Below, piece after piece: positions 49,657 to 59,405 of a DNA stretch of 64,000 nucleotides. The stretch is taken from contig CBDCYI010000005.1 of assembly GCA_965224085.1 (NCBI GenBank), positions 1,408,001 to 1,472,000 on the forward strand. Direction: 5' to 3'. This DNA comes from Candidatus Marinacidobacterales bacterium (lineage in GTDB: Bacteria > Acidobacteriota > Vicinamibacteria > Marinacidobacterales > SMYC01). The translations under genes and the position numbers were made by a program. Each line of letters opens with the position of its first letter. Position 1 is the first letter of the stretch. Below the pieces are notes generated by a model that saw only the letters and a list, made by a program, of their open reading frames with translations, did not search any database and was not told the origin of the DNA.

Positions 49657-50337
49657 ATGGCCAAGCGGTCTTCCTCTTCCGGGCATCGCCCTTTCGAGGT
49701 TCTCAAGAACATGGTCGAGGGCGGCGAGCTCGATCTCGCACCCGAGACCGACAAGCTCGTGTCACCGTCGAAGGTGGACGGCAACCTCAGCGACGAAGAA
49801 GCCTTCGAGAGCGCGATGGAGGAGGTGCGGCCGCTCGGCTGGAGCGCGACCCCTTTGAACCTGCCGCAAGCGTTCGAGATCCCCGTCTGGTCCGATAGCG
49901 AGTCCGAAGCGCTCGAGGAGCTCGAATCCTTCGTCGCGGGAAGGGGCGAGATCGACCCCTTCGCCACGGGTGAGGGCGTCGAGGGCGCTTCGAGCCTTCG
50001 GAACGAGCGCTACCTTCCTCGCCTCAAAAAGGGCGATTTCTCCGTTCAGGACCATCTAGACCTACACGGACTCGACAGAGAGGCTGCGCGAGAAGAGCTC
50101 GCGGCCTTTCTGCGAAGCGCGCAGCACAAGGGCTATTCGTGTGTCCGCATCGTCCACGGCCGGGGAAAGCATTCGCCGAGCGAGCCTTCGATTGTGAAAC
50201 GCGCCGTGACCCAGTCTCTCTCATCGCGCAAGATGCGCCGCACCGTGATCGTGTTCGCTTCGGCGCGCTGGAAAGATGGCGGGAGCGGCGCGGTCTATGT
50301 GTTGCTCTACCGCAAATGGCGGCCGGCTCAGCGATAG
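49657..50337 (+). CDS. Smr-domain protein
   Basis: LDLHG, IVHGRG.HS, DGGSGAVYVLL. Confidence 0.9.
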   Translation: MAKRSSSSGHRPFEVLKNMVEGGELDLAPETDKLVSPSKVDGNLSDEEAFESAMEEVRPLGWSATPLNLPQAFEIPVWSDSESEALEELESFVAGRGEIDPFATGEGVEGASSLRNERYLPRLKKGDFSVQDHLDLHGLDREAAREELAAFLRSAQHKGYSCVRIVHGRGKHSPSEPSIVKRAVTQSLSSRKMRRTVIVFASARWKDGGSGAVYVLLYRKWRPAQR

Positions 50338-51404
50338 CGGCGTGAGCGCTTGAGGGGTCCGGCCTCACCGAGCCGAAGCTCGACATCCGGCTCGAGACCG
50401 AGATCGGAGAATTCTTTCCGCTGATACTTTGCATATCCGGCCGCCGCAATCATCGCTGCGTTATCGGTCGAGAGCTCGATGCTCGGGAAAATAGCGGGGA
50501 TCTCAAGGCGGTGGCCGAGCTCGCCGAAGCTAGCTCGAAGCTCGCGATTCGCCGCTACCCCGCCGGAGACGACCATAGCGCGCACCCGAAAGCGCTTGGC
50601 GGCTCGTTCGGCACGCATCAAGAGGATCCTGACGACGGTCCTTTGGAACGCCGCGGCGAGATCGCAAATATCGGGACGTTCTTCGGCGGCTTCGGGCGCT
50701 TCATCCTCGCCGAGCCGCTCAATCGGTCCTTCCTGAACGGCGCGCAAGACCGCGCTCTTCAACCCACTGAAGCTAAAGTCCTCGCTCCCATCCGAGAACT
50801 TGGGCACGGTGAAGCTGTGGGCGTCCGCGTCGCCGAGCGCTGCGAGGCGATCCAGTGTCGGTCCGCCCGGGTAGCCGAGACCGAGCCGCTTGGCAACTTT
50901 GTCATAGGCTTCGCCCGCCGCATCGTCACGCGTCTTGCCGATGAGCTCGTAGCTCGACGCTTCCTTCATGAGAAACAAGCTCGTATGGCCGCCCGAGACG
51001 ACGAGAGAAAGCGCCGGGTGCGGGATCGGCTCCGGGCTTTCGATATAGGCTGCTCGGATGTGGCCTTCGAGATGGTCCACCGCGAGAAGAGGGACATCGC
51101 GAGCGAAGGCAATCGATTTCGCGAACGAGAGCCCAACGAGGAGCGAGCCGATGAGCCCCGGGCCTTGGGTCACCGCCACTGCGTCGATCGCGTCGAGCCC
51201 GATCCCCGCTCGAGCAAGAGCGCCGTCAACGACCGGTCCGATCTGCGTCAAGTGCTGGCGCGAGGCAAGCTCGGGAACGACGCCACCATATGGGCGATGG
51301 ATCTCGTCTTGCGACGCAACAACGTTCGAGAGAATCCGTCGACCATCCTCGACGACCGCGGCCGAGGTTTCGTCACAGGAGCTCTCGATGCCGAGAATGA
51401 GCAT
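50328..51404 (-). CDS. tsaD: tRNA N6-adenosine threonylcarbamoyltransferase
   Basis: GIESSCDET, GGVVPELASR.H, HLEGH, SGGHT, DDAAGEA.DK, DNAAMI. Confidence 0.97.
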   Translation of the reverse strand: MLILGIESSCDETSAAVVEDGRRILSNVVASQDEIHRPYGGVVPELASRQHLTQIGPVVDGALARAGIGLDAIDAVAVTQGPGLIGSLLVGLSFAKSIAFARDVPLLAVDHLEGHIRAAYIESPEPIPHPALSLVVSGGHTSLFLMKEASSYELIGKTRDDAAGEAYDKVAKRLGLGYPGGPTLDRLAALGDADAHSFTVPKFSDGSEDFSFSGLKSAVLRAVQEGPIERLGEDEAPEAAEERPDICDLAAAFQRTVVRILLMRAERAAKRFRVRAMVVSGGVAANRELRASFGELGHRLEIPAIFPSIELSTDNAAMIAAAGYAKYQRKEFSDLGLEPDVELRLGEAGPLKRSRRYR

Positions 51405-51415
51405 CTAGTCTGCGC

Positions 51416-52465
51416 TCAGGCAGCCTGGTGACTCTTCGCGAGCGCTCTGAGCGACTCGTTATACGGAGCTTGCGCCACGCCCTTCTCGCATACGATCGCG
51501 GTGACGAGCCGCGACGGCGTCACGTCGAAAGCGGGATTCCGGATGCGCACGCCTTCAGGAGCCATGCGGACGCCTTGGATGTGGGTCACCTCGTCCGGCG
51601 ATCGCTCTTCGATGGGGATCTCTTTGCCCGAGGCGATCGAAAGATCGAAGGTCGATGTCGGCGCCACTGCGTAGAAGGGAAGCCCGTGCTCTTTAGCCAA
51701 GACCGCGACGGAGTACGTGCCAATCTTGTTGCAGACGTCGCCATTTGAAGCGATCCGATCGGAGCCTGTGATCACCATATCGATCTCGCTGCACGCCATG
51801 AGGTGGCCCGCCATGTTGTCGGTGATGAGGGTGACGGGAATGTTGTCTTGGACGAGCTCCCAGGCGGTGAGGCGCGCGCCTTGGAGAAACGGGCGGGTCT
51901 CGTCGGCGAAGACTTCGATCGTCTTCCCTGCCTCGACCGCGGCACGCATCACTCCGAGCGCGGTCCCATATCCGGCCGTGGCGAGAGCACCCGCATTGCA
52001 ATGCGTGAGGATACGCGCGCCATCCGGCACGAGCGCCGCTCCGTGCGCGCCCATGCGCCGGTTGATCTCGATGTCCTCGGTCTGGATGGCGATCGCTTCC
52101 CGCTCCATCCCCGCGAGCGCCGCTACGACGCCGCTACCAATGAGCTCTTCGAAGCGCTTTTTCATCCTATCGATGGCCCAGAACAAATTGACGGCGGTCG
52201 GTCGCGTGCCCGCCATCAAGGTCGATAGCGATTCCATCGATTGACGGAGATTCTCGGCGTCCTCCTTGCCGGACTGTTTCAGGCCGAGTGCGATCCCGAA
52301 GGCCGCGGTCACACCAATCGCCGGCGCGCCACGGACAACCATGTCTGTGATGGCCGCGGCCACAGCCTCGGCGTTGCGGCAGAAGAGATAGTCCTCCTTA
52401 AGCGGCAGATATCTCTGGTCGATGAGGGCGACGGCATCGCCGTCCCAACGAATAGTTGCGAGCAC
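51416..52465 (-). CDS. mtnA: Methylthioribose-1-phosphate isomerase
   Basis: [52 protein letters not shown]. Confidence 0.96.
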   Translation of the reverse strand: MLATIRWDGDAVALIDQRYLPLKEDYLFCRNAEAVAAAITDMVVRGAPAIGVTAAFGIALGLKQSGKEDAENLRQSMESLSTLMAGTRPTAVNLFWAIDRMKKRFEELIGSGVVAALAGMEREAIAIQTEDIEINRRMGAHGAALVPDGARILTHCNAGALATAGYGTALGVMRAAVEAGKTIEVFADETRPFLQGARLTAWELVQDNIPVTLITDNMAGHLMACSEIDMVITGSDRIASNGDVCNKIGTYSVAVLAKEHGLPFYAVAPTSTFDLSIASGKEIPIEERSPDEVTHIQGVRMAPEGVRIRNPAFDVTPSRLVTAIVCEKGVAQAPYNESLRALAKSHQAA

Positions 52466-52556
52466 GAATCCTCCAGTTCAGGAATATCAAAGCCCCGAGT
52501 TTAACGGTCATCGCGTGGGAACTGCAACGGCGTGGTAGATTTGTCCGGTCTTCGAC

Positions 52557-53696
52557 GTGGTGCGACTCATTGTTCTTTCTTTCATCAGTGCGGGGCTGTA
52601 TGCGTTGCTTGCGGTTCGGAGTGATGTGGAGCGTTCCGGGCTCTTCGAGCAGAGTGTCGAGTTCTACGTCCTTTGGATCGGGCTCTTCATCGCTTACGCC
52701 ATGGCCATTCGCACGGCCAGCCGAAAAAACGACACGGCGGTCTATGCGGTTGTTTTTCTTACGGCCGCCGGTTTTAGGGCGACACAGTTTCTCGGCAGCG
52801 GGCTTCATCATTCGGATGCAGCCGTCTTTTTGCACGGCGCCACGCCGTGGTCCGTGCTTTTCGACCACGTCGAGGCCTCGTTCGAGGCGAGACGTCTCGC
52901 CGCGACGGCCGCCGATTTGGCCTCGCTTCTGCTCGCGCCTTCCTTGCTGCGCGCCGCAGGCTTGCCGATAGGCGCTGCACTCATCCACGGGTGGAACCCT
53001 TTCATCGTCAAGGAAGTGGCGGGGAGCGGGCGACTCGACGCGGTCGCGCTTTTCTTCTTGATCGCGGCGCTCAGGCTCGCTCAGACGCCCCGGTTCACGG
53101 GCGCCGCCGCGGTCGCGTACGGCGTCTGCCTCAACGGGCCGCTCATGCTCGCGGGATCTCTCCCGCTCATGGGACGCGCGCTCCGCGGCTTTGTCGCACC
53201 TGCGCTCATCATCGGCCTCCTAGGCTGGACGCTCACTTTCCCCGGTTCCTGGCTCATCCGCGCCGGGTGGCCGCCAGAAAATTCTCTTGGCGGAAGCCTC
53301 ACGCCCGCGCTTCAGACACTGGCAGGACTCTTCTTGACCCGCCATCCGACGATAACCCTTCTTGCGACGCTTCTGCTTTGGCTCGTCTGGTCTCTTCGGA
53401 CGGCTACCCGATCGCAGGACCCGAAGCGTTGGCCGCTAGGGACCCTGGTCGTGCTCGGCAGCTTGGTCTTCGTGATGCCTCAGGTGCTGCCATGGGCGTT
53501 TCTCCTCGTCGGCACACTGGCGCCGTATTCCGAGAATCGTGGATGGCTCGTTTTCACCGCCACGGCGCCACTGACTTATCTGGCGTTCGGTGACGGTGCC
53601 TACGGATTTTGGCTGGGCTTCAGTCAGTACTTCGCTGCCTACGCGGCACTGATTTTCTTCGGACTCGGTAGCCCGCCGCGCGCAGCGGCGGGCTAA
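52557..53696 (+). CDS. Membrane protein, GT87/DUF2029-like
   Basis: Multiple TM segments, WNP..VKEVAGSG.LD, PQVLPW. Confidence 0.65.
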   Translation: MVRLIVLSFISAGLYALLAVRSDVERSGLFEQSVEFYVLWIGLFIAYAMAIRTASRKNDTAVYAVVFLTAAGFRATQFLGSGLHHSDAAVFLHGATPWSVLFDHVEASFEARRLAATAADLASLLLAPSLLRAAGLPIGAALIHGWNPFIVKEVAGSGRLDAVALFFLIAALRLAQTPRFTGAAAVAYGVCLNGPLMLAGSLPLMGRALRGFVAPALIIGLLGWTLTFPGSWLIRAGWPPENSLGGSLTPALQTLAGLFLTRHPTITLLATLLLWLVWSLRTATRSQDPKRWPLGTLVVLGSLVFVMPQVLPWAFLLVGTLAPYSENRGWLVFTATAPLTYLAFGDGAYGFWLGFSQYFAAYAALIFFGLGSPPRAAAG

Positions 53697-53705
53697 CGTT
53701 TCCGA

Positions 53706-54059
53706 CTAGGTTCCCCAGAGCACTAGAAAGATGATGAAAGCGATGAGCAGCACGTAGATGACGAGCGACTCGATGAGAGCGAGACCGAGAATCAGTGCGA
53801 AGCGGATCTCGCCGGAAGCGCCAGGATTTCGAGAAATGCCGTCACAGGCGGCCGCGATGGCACGACTCTGAGAGTAAGCGCCCGCGGCGGCGGCGATTCC
53901 AAGCGCAAAAGCGCCCGAGAACAAGGCCCATTTGTACATTTCCGACGACCAGCCAGTTATCGGGTCGTGCCCCCCCTGAGCCTCCTGAGCAAAGACGGGC
54001 GCGACCAATACAAAAAAGGTGACGGCTGAGAATGTCGCCAGCATAACTTTTCTAACCAC
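53706..54059 (-). CDS. atpE: ATP synthase Fo subunit c with N-terminal extension
   Basis: RNP loop, LALIESLVIY; GGAGG SD upstream of GTG. Confidence 0.95.
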   Translation of the reverse strand: MVRKVMLATFSAVTFFVLVAPVFAQEAQGGHDPITGWSSEMYKWALFSGAFALGIAAAAGAYSQSRAIAAACDGISRNPGASGEIRFALILGLALIESLVIYVLLIAFIIFLVLWGT

Positions 54060-54106
54060 CAGGTTTCCTCCTGGAAAAGGGATCACGACAATAGGAGTCC
54101 TCGAAC

Positions 54107-54802
54107 TTAGTGCTCCTCGGAAGCGACGGCGCCACCGAGGTAGACCATGGTCAACATGATGAAAACGAAAGCCTGCAAAATTCCCCCAAAGACACCGAAG
54201 AGCATCATGGGCACTGGAACGAGGAACGCCACCATCACGCCGAGCGCAGCGATGACGAGCTCCTCACCAAAGATGTTGCCGAACAAGCGCAGCGATAGTG
54301 AAACGATACGGCTGAAGTGGCTGATGAGCTCGATCGGCAACATGAGGGGTGCCAGCACTGGAAGAGGTCCCAGGAAGTGCTTGAAATAGTTCCCGGCGCC
54401 TTGGGCACGGATGCCCTGATAGTTGTAGTAGAGAAAAGCTACCAGAGCGCAACCAAGCGTCATGTTCAAACTGGTTGTCGGCGACGAAAAAAAAGGCACG
54501 AGGCCAATCAAATTACTCATCAGGATGAACAAACCCAGCGTACCGACGAGGCCCAGAAACGGCCTTCCTTTGGTGCCGATATTGTCGACGAGCAGGCCCT
54601 GGAGCACGCTCACGATCGCCTCGAGCACCAGCTGCAGCTTCCCGGGGTTCTCGACGCTGATACGCCCGCGGAACCAGATCGCGAAGCCGGCGAGCACCAT
54701 CGCGACGAACACCGCCATGATCAGATGATCCGGCACCACTTCGTGATGAAAGTAGTGCTCGAGCCAGTGATAGATGAACGACTTGTGCTCTAGCTGCTCC
54801 AT
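54107..54802 (-). CDS. atpB: ATP synthase Fo subunit a
   Basis: NLIGLVP, SLSLRLFGNI, LQAFVF..LT..Y. Confidence 0.96.
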   Translation of the reverse strand: MEQLEHKSFIYHWLEHYFHHEVVPDHLIMAVFVAMVLAGFAIWFRGRISVENPGKLQLVLEAIVSVLQGLLVDNIGTKGRPFLGLVGTLGLFILMSNLIGLVPFFSSPTTSLNMTLGCALVAFLYYNYQGIRAQGAGNYFKHFLGPLPVLAPLMLPIELISHFSRIVSLSLRLFGNIFGEELVIAALGVMVAFLVPVPMMLFGVFGGILQAFVFIMLTMVYLGGAVASEEH

Positions 54803-54897
54803 AACTACATGTTAGTCACTCGAGAAGACCGAGCGCCCACAGCCCCTTCAACGTGTTTTCCATGACGGGGAAGCGGTTGACGAACCGCAGGGAGGTG

Positions 54898-55323
54898 TCA
54901 TGCCGTGGGGGTGTTCTCTACTGACCTTTCTTTACGCTCCGCTTTCGACTCCCGGTAAGCCAAGCGAGCATGGATGCCACACTCGACGAAAACCGCGGCT
55001 ACTGGCACAGAAAACCCGAGAGCCAGGCCAACAAAGTTCGCGTGCCAAACGCTGATTATAACAAACAGGGCGATACTCAACAAGATGTAGCGGACCAGCA
55101 CGCCGAAAAGCCCCAGCCAGGACACCCGACCGGGCCGCTCTGACGTGAGCTTTTTCACCAGCCGGGCGAGAACATCGAGATTCGCCATGGACAAAAGGCC
55201 TCCAGAGAGCACCCCGAGAAAGAACGGAAACCCATAGATAAAGCCAAAAAGAGCGAAGATCGCGGTCGCCCACCATGCGTGGCGCCGAAAGCGGGCCATC
55301 GAAACATCTGGGTCGAGATTCAA
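54898..55323 (-). CDS. atpI: ATP synthase protein I
   Basis: Four-TM protein directly upstream of atpB. Confidence 0.8.
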   Translation of the reverse strand: MNLDPDVSMARFRRHAWWATAIFALFGFIYGFPFFLGVLSGGLLSMANLDVLARLVKKLTSERPGRVSWLGLFGVLVRYILLSIALFVIISVWHANFVGLALGFSVPVAAVFVECGIHARLAYRESKAERKERSVENTPTA

Positions 55324-55565
55324 TCGTTCTTGTCGAAAGCTTTCACGGCCTTGAGGAGGTTGAAGAAGCCGGCAGCAACACCAAAAAGAAGACCGAGCAG
55401 CGTCAACCAGGGAAACGTCGCTAGTTTTTGGTCCAGGTAGTGGCCGGAGAATCCGCCCACTGCAATAGAGACGGGGAAGATGAAGGCAAGGCTCGATAGA
55501 AGCGCCAAACGCGCCCGCGGAGAGACGGGAGGCGGCTTCTTCTCCTCCAGGCCCTCCCGGGACAT
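55320..55565 (-). CDS. AtpZ/AtpI (ATPase gene 1) family protein
   Basis: G..G.YLD.KL.T.PW..L.GLLFG..AGF pattern. Confidence 0.85.
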   Translation of the reverse strand: MSREGLEEKKPPPVSPRARLALLSSLAFIFPVSIAVGGFSGHYLDQKLATFPWLTLLGLLFGVAAGFFNLLKAVKAFDKND

Positions 55566-55574
55566 GGACCTCGT

Positions 55575-57143
55575 CTAGTTGCCGACCGGCGTCGCCGCCG
55601 TAGCGGGTACAACGGCTTCAACGCTTGCCGTTTGCGTGCCATGGATCCGCGCCATGATCGCCTCGACCGGCACCCGTAGCGGCGCGAGAAAGGGCTTCGG
55701 GTAGACGCCAATCCAGATGCAAAGCACGACGAGCGGAACCAACGTCGCTTGCTCGCGCAAAGTAACATCCTTGAGCTTCTCGTTCTCCGGCTTGTCGATT
55801 TTCCCGAACATCACGCGCTGATACAGCCAGAGCAGATAAGCCGCGCCGAGCACGATGCCCGAGACCGCGAACAGCGCGTACCACGGACCCGCATGCGTGC
55901 TCGCAAACGTGCCCTGCAGGATCATGAACTCGCCAATGAAACCGTTCAAGAGCGGCAGCCCCATCGAAGCCAGAGCGATAATGAGAAAAAGTGCCGCGAA
56001 GACGGGCACGACTTTCGCAATGCCGCCATAGGCCGCAATTTCGCGCGTATGCGTCTGCTCGTACATGATGCCGACGATGAGGAAGAGTCCGCCCGTCGCC
56101 AGGCCGTGATTGACCATCTGCAGGATGCCGCCCTGAAGCCCGAGCTCGGTGAGAGCGAAAACGCCGAGCATGACGAAACCGAGATGGCTGACGGAGCTAT
56201 AGGCGACGAGCTTTTTCCAGTCGGGCTGGACCAGCGCGACGAGGGCTCCGTAGATGATGCCGATAACCGCGAGCACGAGAATGTACCACCCGAATTCCTG
56301 GCTCGCCTCGGGGAGCATAGGAAGCGAAAACCGCACGAAGCCGTAGGTTCCCATTTTCAGGAGGACTCCAGCCAGGATGACCGATCCAGCCGTGGGCGCT
56401 TCGACATGGGCGTCCGGAAGCCACGTGTGAAACGGGAACATCGGAACTTTGATGGCGAAGCCGATGAAAAACGCCCAGAACACCCAGTTCAGCTCTGGAC
56501 CATAGTTAATTTCCCATAGCTTTGTGATGTCGAACGTCGGAAAACCCATCTGGACTATGTGCTCGAAATAGACCGCGAGGATTCCGAGGAGCATCAAAAC
56601 GCTCCCCACGAGCGTATAGAGGAAGAACTTGATCGCGGCGTAGAGCTTCCGAGGGCCGCCCCAAATGCCAATGAGGAAGTACATCGGGACGAGCATGACT
56701 TCCCAGAACACATAGAACAGAAAGAAGTCGAGCGTCACGAAAACGCCGAGCATGCCCGTCTGCAGGAGCAGCATGAAGACGTAGTACTGCTTGATACGAT
56801 CGGTGATCGCGTTCCAAGAGGACAAAACGGCAATGAACCCAAGAAGCGTCGTCATCATAACGAGCAGCAGGCCGATCCCGTCCAGGCCGAGGTTGTAACT
56901 AACGCCGATACTCGGTATCCAGTCGAATGTCTCGCGAAACTGAAACTGCGTTCCGTTGTTGTCGAACAAAAACCAAAGAGGTAGCGAGAACAAGAAAGCC
57001 ACGAACGTGATGATGTTCGCGGCCCATTTGATCGCTTTCTCCTGGGTCTTCTTCATGAAGAAGAGGATGAAGAGCGCGCCCAGTGCTGGGAACCAGACCA
57101 CGAGCCACGACAAGTAAGGGAAACCGAATACGTTATTCTCCAT
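55575..57143 (-). CDS. nuoM: NADH-quinone oxidoreductase subunit M
   Basis: FYVFWE..LVPMY, IKVPMFPFHTWLPDAHVEAPT, LLKMGTYG, AYSSVSH, F.GEF. Confidence 0.96.
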   Translation of the reverse strand: MENNVFGFPYLSWLVVWFPALGALFILFFMKKTQEKAIKWAANIITFVAFLFSLPLWFLFDNNGTQFQFRETFDWIPSIGVSYNLGLDGIGLLLVMMTTLLGFIAVLSSWNAITDRIKQYYVFMLLLQTGMLGVFVTLDFFLFYVFWEVMLVPMYFLIGIWGGPRKLYAAIKFFLYTLVGSVLMLLGILAVYFEHIVQMGFPTFDITKLWEINYGPELNWVFWAFFIGFAIKVPMFPFHTWLPDAHVEAPTAGSVILAGVLLKMGTYGFVRFSLPMLPEASQEFGWYILVLAVIGIIYGALVALVQPDWKKLVAYSSVSHLGFVMLGVFALTELGLQGGILQMVNHGLATGGLFLIVGIMYEQTHTREIAAYGGIAKVVPVFAALFLIIALASMGLPLLNGFIGEFMILQGTFASTHAGPWYALFAVSGIVLGAAYLLWLYQRVMFGKIDKPENEKLKDVTLREQATLVPLVVLCIWIGVYPKPFLAPLRVPVEAIMARIHGTQTASVEAVVPATAATPVGN

Positions 57144-57152
57144 GCACCGTTC

Positions 57153-59240
57153 CTACGTCCAAAGGTAAAAGTAGAAAAAGCCGATGAGCGCCCCGACACC
57201 GATGAGCATCATCAGCGCATAGTTCTGCAAGACGCCCGTCTGCAAGCGGCTGAAAGCGTTGGAAAAGCTCGCCAAGATCCTCCAGACCGCGTCGACCGCG
57301 CCGTCCACGAGCCCCACATCTGCGAGATTCGATAGATCGCCAGACAAGAGCGTCGCCTTGGCCGCACCGTTGACGACACCGTCGACGACCTTGGCGTCGA
57401 TAAAGTTCAGCCCGTGCGCGCCAGAGAGCGTTCCGCCGCCGACCGTCGTATCGTAGACGTCGTCCACAAAATATTTGTTGTAGAGCAAGCGATGAACGCC
57501 GGGCCAGCTGGCGATGACGGCCCTGTCCCCATCGGGATTCGCGAGGTACATCTTCCTCGCGAGTAAGATGCCCGCGATCGCAACGCCCAAGGAGACGATC
57601 ATGAACGGTAGCTCGTGCGCGACGCCCTCCATCGAGAAGTGATGCGCTTCGTGCTCGATCGTCTGGCCAGCGTTCAAGGCGGGCTCGAGAAACCCGTCGA
57701 TGGCCGACAGACCGAACGGAAGCCCAACCCAGCCCGCCGTCACCGACCCCACCGCCAGCACGATTAGGGGAACGGTCATGCTCGCGGGAGACTCGTGGAG
57801 GTGACTCTCCATTTCCTTACCGCCGCGGAACTCCCCGTAAAAGGTCAAGAAGACTTGCCGGAACATGTAAAAGGCGGTCATGCCCGCCGCCGCTACCGCG
57901 ACCAGCCACAAGACCGTGACGTGCCCGTCATTCGTGGCTCCCCACAGAATGGCGTCCTTGCTGAAGAACCCGGCGAAGGGCACGATGCCGGCGATGGCTA
58001 GAGTCGACAGGAAATACGTGATGAACGTGCGCGGCATGTACTTCTTGAGCCCGCCCATGTTACGCATGTCCTGCATCGCGTTGTAGTCGCGACGGCCGCC
58101 CGACGCGTGCTCGGCGTGCTCCATCGTATGGATCACGCTTCCGGAGCCGAGGAAGAGACAAGCTTTGAAAAACGCGTGCGTCATGAGATGAAAGATCGCG
58201 GCAGCATAAGCCCCGACCCCTAGACCAAGAAACATATAACCGAGCTGCGACACGGTCGAGTAAGCGAGAACCTTCTTGATGTCGTTTTGGAAGAGACCAA
58301 TCGAAGCGGCGAAAATCGCCGTGCTGCAGCCGATTACGGCAACGACAAGCATCGCGTTCGGCGCGTGCGTGAACAGCACCGAAGTTCGGGCCACCATGTA
58401 GACGCCCGCCGTGACCATCGTCGCGGCATGGATGAGCGCGGAGACCGGAGTCGGACCTTCCATCGCGTCGGGGAGCCAGACGTAGAGCGGGATCTGAGCG
58501 GATTTGCCCGTCGCACCGACGAAGAGCAAGAGCCCAATGAGCGTGAGAACGCCCCAACCCGCTTCAGGCGTCGGAAACTGCGCCTCCACACCTTGCATGA
58601 CTGCGTAAAAGTCGACCGAGCCGAACTGGAAGAAGATGAAAAAGATCCCCAGCATGAAGCCGGCATCCCCGATGCGATTGACGACGAACGCTTTCTTTCC
58701 CGCTTTTGCCGCGGCATCCCGCTCGAACCAAAACCCGATCAAGAGATAAGAGCAAAGACCGACGCCTTCCCAGCCAATGAACATCAGAAGGAAGTTGGCG
58801 CCGAGCACCAAGTTCAACATGAAAAAGGTGAACATGTTGAGGTAAGTGAAAAAGCGCCAATAGCCCCCGTCGTGGGCCATGTAACCGACCGAGTAGATGT
58901 GGATGAGAAGTCCGATGCCCGAGACGACGAGCACCATGACCATGGAGAGCGAGTCGAGGCGGTACTGCCATTTGGCGGTGAAGTTCGCCGTGGTGCCGTC
59001 GGCCTGAGCCACGCTCATGCCGGGGATCCAAGTAAAGAGTGTTTTCTCGAGAACGGTCTTCTCGCCGCCTTCCGACATGAACGGACCGAAGAGGCAAAAA
59101 AGAGCGATCAGAAAAGAGAGCGCGACGGCCCCGACCGCGACCATGTTGATGGCGGATTTAGGCAGGCGCTTGCCGAAGAGCCCGTTGATGATGGCCCCGA
59201 CACCGGGGATAAGCGGAATGAGCCAGAAATATTCACTCAC
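57153..59240 (-). CDS. nuoL: NADH-quinone oxidoreductase subunit L with extended lateral helix
   Basis: GWEGVG, NRIGD, GKSAQ.PL..WLPDAMEGPTPVSALIHAATM, HAFFKA, QTG..Q.YA. Confidence 0.96.
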   Translation of the reverse strand: MSEYFWLIPLIPGVGAIINGLFGKRLPKSAINMVAVGAVALSFLIALFCLFGPFMSEGGEKTVLEKTLFTWIPGMSVAQADGTTANFTAKWQYRLDSLSMVMVLVVSGIGLLIHIYSVGYMAHDGGYWRFFTYLNMFTFFMLNLVLGANFLLMFIGWEGVGLCSYLLIGFWFERDAAAKAGKKAFVVNRIGDAGFMLGIFFIFFQFGSVDFYAVMQGVEAQFPTPEAGWGVLTLIGLLLFVGATGKSAQIPLYVWLPDAMEGPTPVSALIHAATMVTAGVYMVARTSVLFTHAPNAMLVVAVIGCSTAIFAASIGLFQNDIKKVLAYSTVSQLGYMFLGLGVGAYAAAIFHLMTHAFFKACLFLGSGSVIHTMEHAEHASGGRRDYNAMQDMRNMGGLKKYMPRTFITYFLSTLAIAGIVPFAGFFSKDAILWGATNDGHVTVLWLVAVAAAGMTAFYMFRQVFLTFYGEFRGGKEMESHLHESPASMTVPLIVLAVGSVTAGWVGLPFGLSAIDGFLEPALNAGQTIEHEAHHFSMEGVAHELPFMIVSLGVAIAGILLARKMYLANPDGDRAVIASWPGVHRLLYNKYFVDDVYDTTVGGGTLSGAHGLNFIDAKVVDGVVNGAAKATLLSGDLSNLADVGLVDGAVDAVWRILASFSNAFSRLQTGVLQNYALMMLIGVGALIGFFYFYLWT

Positions 59241-59327
59241 AATCGACGCTCGCTATTGGCGAAAACAGGATGAGACGAACGGAAAGGGCGATGAGGTTCC
59301 TTTCCGCGTTATCAAAACGAATCGCAT

Positions 59328-59357
59328 TTTATAGCACCCGGCCGTTATTGTTGTCAA
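59328..59357 (-). promoter_or_regulatory. Sigma-70 promoter of the nuoLM-atp operon
   Basis: Minus strand TTGACA-N18-TATAAA with TGn extended -10. Confidence 0.7.
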
Positions 59358-59405
59358 GGTTCTGTGGGCCGGCAACGCCCTCGTTATGCGTTGAAAAGCC
59401 AGCAG

